From positions 1-64,000 of the forward strand of contig JAVKIJ010000003.1 of NCBI GenBank assembly GCA_031459535.1: 64,000 nt of DNA, read 5' to 3'. The notes beneath the pieces are model-generated. The model worked only from the letters and a program-made list of their open reading frames with translations, searched no databases and was not told the origin of the DNA. Position numbers and translations under genes: made by a program. The stretch comes from Candidatus Fervidifonticultor quintus (lineage in GTDB: Bacteria; Sysuimicrobiota; Sysuimicrobiia; Sysuimicrobiales; Humicultoraceae). Each line of letters starts with the position of its first letter. Position 1 is the stretch's first letter. Shown in pieces: positions 58,122-64,000 of this stretch.

Positions 58122-59498
58122 ATGAACGACCTCTACTCGCACATTGATGCGCAACGTGACCGCCACCTTCAGCGGGTCCGCGCCTTCGTCCGCCAGCCCA
58201 GCATCAGCGGCGAAGGCACGGGGATGACCGAGATGGCGGAGCTGGTTCGAGACACGATCCGGGCGCTGGGCGGCGCTGCCGAGATCGCCCCGACGCCGGG
58301 CTGGCCCGTGGTGTGGGGTACCGTCGACGCCGGAGCGCCGAAGACCCTGCTGCTCTACGGCATGTACGACGTGCAGCCCGTCCAGGGTGAAGAGTGGATG
58401 GCCCCGCCGTTTGCCGGTGACGTGGTCAACCTCCCCGACGTGGGGCCCAGCATGGTGGCCCGGGGAGTGTACAACACCAAGGGGCCACTGGCGGGGCTGT
58501 TCAACGTCCTCGAGAGCATCCAGGCCGTCCGGGGGCGGCTGCCGGTCAACGTGAAATTCGTCGTCGAGGGCGAGGAGGAGCTGGGCAGCCCGCACCTGCC
58601 CGAGTTCATTGAGCGACACAAGGACCGCCTGGGCGCCGATGCCACCTACTTCGCGTTCTACAACCAGGACCGCCGCGGCAAGCCCATCCTCTGGCTGGGG
58701 GTCAAGGGGATCCAGTACTTCGAGCTCACCTGCCGCGGCGGGGCGTGGGGTGGACCGCGCACCCGCGGCGTCCATGGCAGCAACGCCGTGTGGGTCGGCA
58801 GCCCCGTCTGGCGGCTCGTCCGAGCGCTGGCCACCATGATGGACGATGGCGAGCAGATCACGATCGACGGTTTCTACGACGATGCGGCGCCCCCCAGCCC
58901 GGAAGACGAGGAACTGCTCCAGCAGCTGGCCAAGACCTTCGACCCGGCCAACGAGCTCTGGATGTGGGACGCGGAACGGTTCAAGTACGACCTGGCCGGT
59001 GTCGACCTCCTGCGGCGCTACCTGTACGACCCCACGCTCAACATTGACGGCATCTGGGGCGGGTATATGGGGCCGGCGATGAAGACGCTGCTGCCGCACG
59101 AGGCGAAGGTCAAGATGGACGTGCGTCTCGTGCCCCACATGGAGCCCGAACGGGTCCGGGAGCGCATCCGCGCCCACCTCCAACGGATCGGCCGTGGAGA
59201 TATCCAGGTACACTTCTACGAGGGCTATCCGCCGGCCAAGACCAGCGTGCGAGAGCCGGTGGTGGCGGCGCTGGTCCGGGCGATCCGGTCGTTTGGCCTC
59301 GAGCCCGAGATCTGGCCGCACATCGCCGGGTCTGCGCCCTTCTATCTGTTCCGGCGGGTGCTGGACCAGCCGTTTGCCATGGGAGGCCTGGGCCACGGCG
59401 GCCGGCCGCACAGCCCCAACGAGTATGCGACCGTGGAGGGCATGGTGCTGTTCGAAAAGTCCGTGGCGAGGTTCCTCGAAGAGTTCGCGATGGCGTAA
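58122..59498 (+). CDS. M20/M25/M40 family metallo-hydrolase (dipeptidase-like)
   Basis: YGMYDVQP, ARGVYNTKG, EGEEELGSP, LGVKG and HSPNEY. Confidence 0.88.
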   Translation: MNDLYSHIDAQRDRHLQRVRAFVRQPSISGEGTGMTEMAELVRDTIRALGGAAEIAPTPGWPVVWGTVDAGAPKTLLLYGMYDVQPVQGEEWMAPPFAGDVVNLPDVGPSMVARGVYNTKGPLAGLFNVLESIQAVRGRLPVNVKFVVEGEEELGSPHLPEFIERHKDRLGADATYFAFYNQDRRGKPILWLGVKGIQYFELTCRGGAWGGPRTRGVHGSNAVWVGSPVWRLVRALATMMDDGEQITIDGFYDDAAPPSPEDEELLQQLAKTFDPANELWMWDAERFKYDLAGVDLLRRYLYDPTLNIDGIWGGYMGPAMKTLLPHEAKVKMDVRLVPHMEPERVRERIRAHLQRIGRGDIQVHFYEGYPPAKTSVREPVVAALVRAIRSFGLEPEIWPHIAGSAPFYLFRRVLDQPFAMGGLGHGGRPHSPNEYATVEGMVLFEKSVARFLEEFAMA

Positions 59499-59722
59499 CT
59501 GCAGATGCCGACCCGATGGCACCGAGCACTGCGTCCGGCGCAGTGGGTTCCGTGCCAGGCCCGTGGTGGCTGGTCCCTGTGGTGTTCGGGGGGCCGGGAG
59601 CACTAGGCCTCCCTGGGCCACTCCTGCGCTGGGCCACGCCTGACACGTGTGGGTGAGGGTTCGGCGCCCCGACTGCGCACCCTCCAGGTATACTGGGGGC
59701 GGAGACACCAGGAGGTGACGAG

Positions 59723-60262
59723 ATGGACCTGAACGGTGTGCGCGTCGCAGCGCTGGTCGAGGACCACTACGAGGATCTGGAGCTGTGGTATCCGGTGCTC
59801 AGGCTGCGCGAAGCGGGCGCCGAGGTGCAGATCATCGGCCCCCGCGCCGGCGAAGTCTACAAGAGCAAGTACGGCTACCCGGCCAGGGCGGACCTGGGCA
59901 TGGACGCCGCAGAAGCCCCGGCCTTCGACGCGCTCGTAATCCCCGGCGGCTACGCACCCGACCGCATGCGGCGGCATGCGGCGATGCTGAACCTGGTGCG
60001 CGCCATGCACGCGGCCGGTAAGCCGATCGCGTTCATCTGCCATGCGGGATGGGTGCCGATCTCGGCGGGCATCGTGCGCGGTCGCACCGTGACCAGCGTG
60101 TCGGCCATCAAGGACGACCTGACCAACGCCGGGGCCGCGTGGGTGGACCGAGAGGTCGTGGTGGATGGCAACCTGATCAGCTCCCGCACGCCGGCCGATC
60201 TGCCGGCGTTCTGCCGGGAACTGGTCGCGATGCTGCGTCGGGTGAAGGTGGCATCGCCATAG
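59723..60262 (+). CDS. PfpI/DJ-1 family protein (protease/deglycase)
   Basis: YEDLELWYP, IPGGYAPD, FICHAGW and DGNLISSRTPADL. TATACT at 59689-59694 and SD AGGAGG upstream. Confidence 0.92.
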   Translation: MDLNGVRVAALVEDHYEDLELWYPVLRLREAGAEVQIIGPRAGEVYKSKYGYPARADLGMDAAEAPAFDALVIPGGYAPDRMRRHAAMLNLVRAMHAAGKPIAFICHAGWVPISAGIVRGRTVTSVSAIKDDLTNAGAAWVDREVVVDGNLISSRTPADLPAFCRELVAMLRRVKVASP

Positions 60263-60972
60263 GTCGCGGCGCAGCCGTCGCCTGCGTCCTGCTGGCCCTC
60301 GCAGGCCTCCCGGTACGGGCTTTTCCCTGGGCGGTTGGCGACGACGCCTACGCGCGCCTTCGGCAGGCGATGGTGGAGCAACAGATCCGCGCGCGGGGCA
60401 TCCGGGATGAGCGCGTGCTCCGCGCCATGCTCACCGTCCCGCGCCACCGATTTGTCCCCGACCGCTACCTGGCCCAGGCCTACGGCGACCACCCGCTCCC
60501 GATCGGCTACGGGCAGACCATCTCACAACCGTACATCGTGGCGCTCATGTCCGCCGAAGCGGTGGTACGCCCCCACCATCGAGTGCTTGAGATCGGCACC
60601 GGGTCAGGGTATCAGGCGGCGATCCTAGCCGAGCTCGCGGATCAGGTGTACACTATTGAGATCGTCGAGCCGCTGGCGCGGGAGGCGGCGCAGCGCCTGC
60701 GCGATCTGGGCTATGCGCGGGTCCAGACGCGTACCGGTGACGGGTACCTGGGATGGCCCGAGGCGGCGCCGTTCGACGCCATCCTGGTGACGGCCGCGCC
60801 CGATCACGTCCCGCCACCTCTGACCCGCCAGCTCAGGGAAGGCGGCCGCATGGTGGTGCCGGTTGGTCCACCCGGTCTGGTGCAAACCCTGTGGCGCATC
60901 ACGAAGGTCCGGGGGCAACTGCAGTTCGCCAGCCTCGGGGAGGTGATGTTCGTCCCGCTGGTCAGGCGGTAG
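60259..60972 (+). CDS. pcm: Protein-L-isoaspartate O-methyltransferase; start uncertain (ATA 60259 or ATG 60370)
   Basis: VPRHRFV, GQTISQPYIVA, LEIGTGSGYQAA, GDGYLGWPEAAPFDAILVTAA, GGRMVVPVG and FVPL. Confidence 0.9.
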   Translation: MGRGAAVACVLLALAGLPVRAFPWAVGDDAYARLRQAMVEQQIRARGIRDERVLRAMLTVPRHRFVPDRYLAQAYGDHPLPIGYGQTISQPYIVALMSAEAVVRPHHRVLEIGTGSGYQAAILAELADQVYTIEIVEPLAREAAQRLRDLGYARVQTRTGDGYLGWPEAAPFDAILVTAAPDHVPPPLTRQLREGGRMVVPVGPPGLVQTLWRITKVRGQLQFASLGEVMFVPLVRR

Positions 60973-60982
60973 GGCTTCAACG

Positions 60983-63415
60983 TCACGCCTCTGCTTCACT
61001 CCGTGGGTCTGGACCCCTCTGCCCGGCTCCTGTCCCGAGGCCTCTGACCGCACCAGCGCCCGCGTAGGCGATCGCTGCCAGCGCCAGTACCGTCCGGAAG
61101 CCCCACTGCAGCGACACGAGCGCCGCCAGCACCGACGCCACCACGGAAGCACATCCGTTGATCCCCCAGGCCCACGGGATGAGCCGGGCATCGTATTGGC
61201 CCAGCAGGCGCACGGCGGCCGGGAACGGGACGCCCATCAGCACTCCGATCGGGCCCAGGATGACGGCCGCCGCCGCAAGCCGGCTGGCGGCGGTCAGGTC
61301 CAGCGCCCTCGCGACCAGCGCGGGCAGCGCCCAGGCCAGGCCGCCGACCGCCGTGGCCAGCGCCGCGAGCGCCGCGGGAAGGCGCACCTGAGCCCGAGCG
61401 GTCAGCACGCTGCCCGCGCCCGACGCCAGCAGCAGGCCGGACAGCACGACGCCCGCGGCGTGGGTGGGGGACCCCACTAGCAGAATGGCCTGCTGGAGCA
61501 GCGGGATCTCCACGAACAAATAGGCAAAGCCCAGCGCGGCGAAATAGGCGAAGACGCTCCACCGCCGCCACGCCACCTCCGGCCCCGGCGCTCGAGCCTG
61601 TGTCGGGTGCGGCGTCGTGCGCAGGCGACCCAGCGGGAGGAGGATCAACCCCGCGCCCAGCGCCGTGACGATCACCAGCAGGACCAGGAGCACCAGGAAC
61701 CCGCCGCCCCCGAACGGCTGCCACGTGCGCCCCAGCACCGCGAGAGTGCCCGGCACCTGCCTCCAGCGGAAGAAGTGGAAGAAGAACGGCCGGTCGTCGT
61801 GCACCGGCCGCACGTCGAACGGGTACTCGCGCAGGAAGGCGTCCCGGCGTCCGGTGTCCAGGACGGCCAGGAAGGCCTCGCGGTGACGATCGGCCGGCAA
61901 GGTATTGAACCGGTTGCTCTCCGCAGCGCTGCCCCCGGGCGCGTAGGTGAGGTCGAAGTGCCGCGATATGGCGAACGCCCGTAACGTCTCCACATCCGCC
62001 CGGCGCAACCCGTCGGGCGCCACGAGGATCGTCATGGTGTTGAGTGAGCGCAGTGCGGCCAGGCGGCGATCGGGGTCACCCACTTTCTCGACCGCCGCGA
62101 CGGCCGCGGCCCAGACGCGGACCTCCTCGCTGGGCGGCGTTTGGATCCAGCGGGTGACGACCAGGATGCCTCCGGGCGCGAGGCGGCGCAGGTAGGCGGT
62201 AAACGCCTCAACGGTATAGAGGTAGTGTTCCGCGAGCGAAAATGCCCCGGAGGCGACCACCTGAAACGAGTCCAGGGGAGGCACCTGGATGATGGTGAAG
62301 CGCTGGGTGTTGCGAGCCAGAAACGTCCGAGGGTGGGCGATCAAGAGGCGCACGTGGCGACTCAGGACGTCCGCCTGCGATCCGGGCTCGAGCACTCGCC
62401 GGAGGGCGTCTGCGACCAGGGGGTTCTCCTCGATCACGGTGACGGTGGGCGCGCCGTGGCGCAGGGCCCCCAGGACCTCGACCCCGGTGCCAATGATCAA
62501 CGTGGGACCGCGGCGCAGGCGGTAGGCCACCGCGGTCGGCAGGTATTCCGTGAACGCGCCCTCGGCCTCGGCCGGCAGACCCCGCAGCCCTTCCCCGTCA
62601 ATGAGCAGGCCGGGCAGTGCCGGTGGCGCACCCGCGTAGACGGTGCTGAGCCCGGGCGCCGACCGGACCGCGGAGCTGCGCACCACATCCACGCGCGAGA
62701 CGGCGTTCCATCCGGAGAACACGACTTGGGCGTCGGGGTACCGCCGGACTTGACTGAGGGTCTTGTAGGCCGAGAGCGGGAGGTCAAACCTCGCGGCCGA
62801 TGCCCACGTCGCGAGCATGGCCGCAGCCAGCGCGGCAATCACAGGCGATGCGCGGGTTGGGCGCGCAGACCACCACAGGAGCGCGCCACCGCAGGCGGCG
62901 ATCGTACCCCCGACCAGGAGGGCACCCGCGCCGCCGCGGGCCGAGATCAGCGGGATCGCAGCCAGCGCGCCGGCGGCGGCGCCCACGAACGACGCGGCAT
63001 AGACGCCGCCCGCCCCCGCGGGTCGGCCGGTCAGGAGACTGCCGACTACGAGACCGCCACAGAGGAACGGCAGCGACAGCGCCGCGACGAGGATGGCCAG
63101 GTAGAGAGCCTGCAGCGGTTCCAGCAGCATGAGGTACGCGTCGAACGGCACGGTCGCGATGGCAACGAGCGCGAGGCCGGTGGCCGGGGCCACCAGCACC
63201 GCCGCGGCTGCCGCCGTCTCCAGAGGTGCCCGCCTCAGTCGCGGCCAGACCGCCAGTGCCGTTCCGCTGATTCCATAACCCAACAGCCCCAGCCCCACGG
63301 CGACAAACGCAAAGTGGTGCCAGTGGACGAGGGCGAACACGCGTGTGAGGGCCACCTGGACCACCAGCGTGGCGGCTGAGGCCAGCGCGACGCCCATGTA
63401 GAGCCTGGCCACCAC
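60983..63415 (-). CDS. Membrane protein with central spermidine-synthase/SAM-MTase-like domain
   Basis: N-terminal TM block (LTRVF...HFAF), soluble part WNAVSRVD...YLYTVEAF..YLRRL.PGG...DDRPFFFHF, and C-terminal TM block (YLFVEI, MGVPFP, WAWGINGCASV). Start approximate. Confidence 0.75.
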   Translation of the reverse strand: MVARLYMGVALASAATLVVQVALTRVFALVHWHHFAFVAVGLGLLGYGISGTALAVWPRLRRAPLETAAAAAVLVAPATGLALVAIATVPFDAYLMLLEPLQALYLAILVAALSLPFLCGGLVVGSLLTGRPAGAGGVYAASFVGAAAGALAAIPLISARGGAGALLVGGTIAACGGALLWWSARPTRASPVIAALAAAMLATWASAARFDLPLSAYKTLSQVRRYPDAQVVFSGWNAVSRVDVVRSSAVRSAPGLSTVYAGAPPALPGLLIDGEGLRGLPAEAEGAFTEYLPTAVAYRLRRGPTLIIGTGVEVLGALRHGAPTVTVIEENPLVADALRRVLEPGSQADVLSRHVRLLIAHPRTFLARNTQRFTIIQVPPLDSFQVVASGAFSLAEHYLYTVEAFTAYLRRLAPGGILVVTRWIQTPPSEEVRVWAAAVAAVEKVGDPDRRLAALRSLNTMTILVAPDGLRRADVETLRAFAISRHFDLTYAPGGSAAESNRFNTLPADRHREAFLAVLDTGRRDAFLREYPFDVRPVHDDRPFFFHFFRWRQVPGTLAVLGRTWQPFGGGGFLVLLVLLVIVTALGAGLILLPLGRLRTTPHPTQARAPGPEVAWRRWSVFAYFAALGFAYLFVEIPLLQQAILLVGSPTHAAGVVLSGLLLASGAGSVLTARAQVRLPAALAALATAVGGLAWALPALVARALDLTAASRLAAAAVILGPIGVLMGVPFPAAVRLLGQYDARLIPWAWGINGCASVVASVLAALVSLQWGFRTVLALAAIAYAGAGAVRGLGTGAGQRGPDPRSEAEA

Positions 63416-63423
63416 CGGGGCCC

Positions 63424-64000
63424 TCAGGAGGACCCGCCGCCCGGATCGCCAGCCCGCTCGAGCAGCAGGTCGGCCGCGCTCGGTGGTTTCTGGCCCCGCC
63501 CGAGGTATCGCGCGATGGCCGCGGCGATCTTCTGCAGGGCGTCGCGCCACGTGGCCCGGTGCGTGAAGAGATGCGTCTCGTCGGGGTAGTAGTGGGCCTC
63601 AAACGCCTTCTGGTGCGCGACGCAGTCCCTGATGATCAGGTCCAGTTGCTCGATCGGTACCGCCGCGTCCTTGCTGCCGTGGAAGCTCACCAACGGTGCC
63701 TGCACCCGCTCCACCAGCAGCCGCGGCGAGGCGCCATCCCACACCTCGGGATGCTGATCCCGGCCTCCGCCTGCACGGCCGAGAAAGTAATCGTACGCGG
63801 GCCGGTAACTGGTCTTGGCCCAGGCCATCCACCGATCGAAGTCCCAGATACCAGCGATATTGATGCCCAGCGCGAAGGTCTGGGGTGAACGGCACAACGC
63901 CGCCAGGGTGAGCCACCCGCCGTAGGAGATCCCCCACACGCCGACCCGATCGGGATCGACGAACGCCAGGGTCTTCACGTACTCGCCGGCGCGCACGCAG
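63424..64000 (-). CDS. S9 family prolyl oligopeptidase-like hydrolase, 5' end truncated by the window
   Basis: VDPDRVGVWGISYGG (Ser), FHGSKDAAVP (Asp) and YPDETH (His). Confidence 0.85.
   Translation of the reverse strand, partial: CVRAGEYVKTLAFVDPDRVGVWGISYGGWLTLAALCRSPQTFALGINIAGIWDFDRWMAWAKTSYRPAYDYFLGRAGGGRDQHPEVWDGASPRLLVERVQAPLVSFHGSKDAAVPIEQLDLIIRDCVAHQKAFEAHYYPDETHLFTHRATWRDALQKIAAAIARYLGRGQKPPSAADLLLERAGDPGGGSS

Noticed and set aside
59576..59688. 6S RNA or SRP RNA call for the hairpin upstream of pfpI
   Set aside because: The 5' CCTGTGGTGTTCG is reminiscent of 6S, but the element is only about 113 nt with no AU-rich central bubble, and no SRP GGAA-loop motif is seen. Kept only as an unassigned candidate.
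60049..60258. ORF-track start of pcm at 60049
   Set aside because: It would overlap pfpI by over 200 bp with non-homologous sequence.
1..64000. Many long alternative-frame and antisense ORFs (e.g. 2189-4294, 6334-8274, 26595-28250, 56488-58077, 58074-59708)
   Set aside because: They overlap well-supported genes, are Arg/Pro/Gly-rich or mirror codon bias and carry no motifs. These are shadow ORFs expected at high GC.
1..64000. CRISPR arrays, tRNA/rRNA, IS elements, prophage or defence genes
   Set aside because: No spaced direct-repeat array, cloverleaf, rRNA-like tract, transposase, integrase or phage gene was visible, and intergenic gaps are nearly all under 230 bp.

Overview
A high-GC, densely coding bacterial chromosome segment with about 55 CDS, two of them cut by the window edges. 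I see no rRNA, tRNA, CRISPR array, transposase or integrase. Main blocks: (1) 1-14.1 kb, an uncharacterised catabolic island: DHPON-hydrolase-like alpha/beta hydrolase, an M24-fold protein missing most metal ligands, an orphan CoxL-like Mo subunit, a Zn-dehydrogenase, FadR, a TAXI-TRAP and a TTT transporter, a cupin and an LVIVD propeller; (2) 14.1-22.4 kb, a peptide ABC importer with M20 and P1/S58 peptidases, then SagB-like nitroreductase and YeiH; (3) glcD-glcF-glcE; (4) 26.5-41 kb, alpha-glucan metabolism with three GH57 enzymes, glgC, a galE-like epimerase, mscS and PGI/PMI, interrupted by a TPR lytic transglycosylase and an arsR-(pseudo)arsN2-arsM cassette; (5) sugar ABC ATPase, SPFH, ROK kinase, a complete accD-accA-accB-accC operon, a ferredoxin with a long insertion, GntR; (6) htrA-glpX-nagZ-nagA, a second peptide ABC importer and an M20 peptidase; (7) PfpI, a PIMT that may start at ATA and carry a signal peptide, a membrane spermidine-synthase-like protein and an S9 peptidase. 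Non-coding signals read directly from the sequence include a recurrent (A/G)GGA-N17/18-GAA promoter-like motif, several apparently leaderless genes, two ArsR-type boxes and a FadR-type operator set. All product calls come from motif recognition by eye, not database searches. Several start codons were re-chosen from the ORF track and are approximate.
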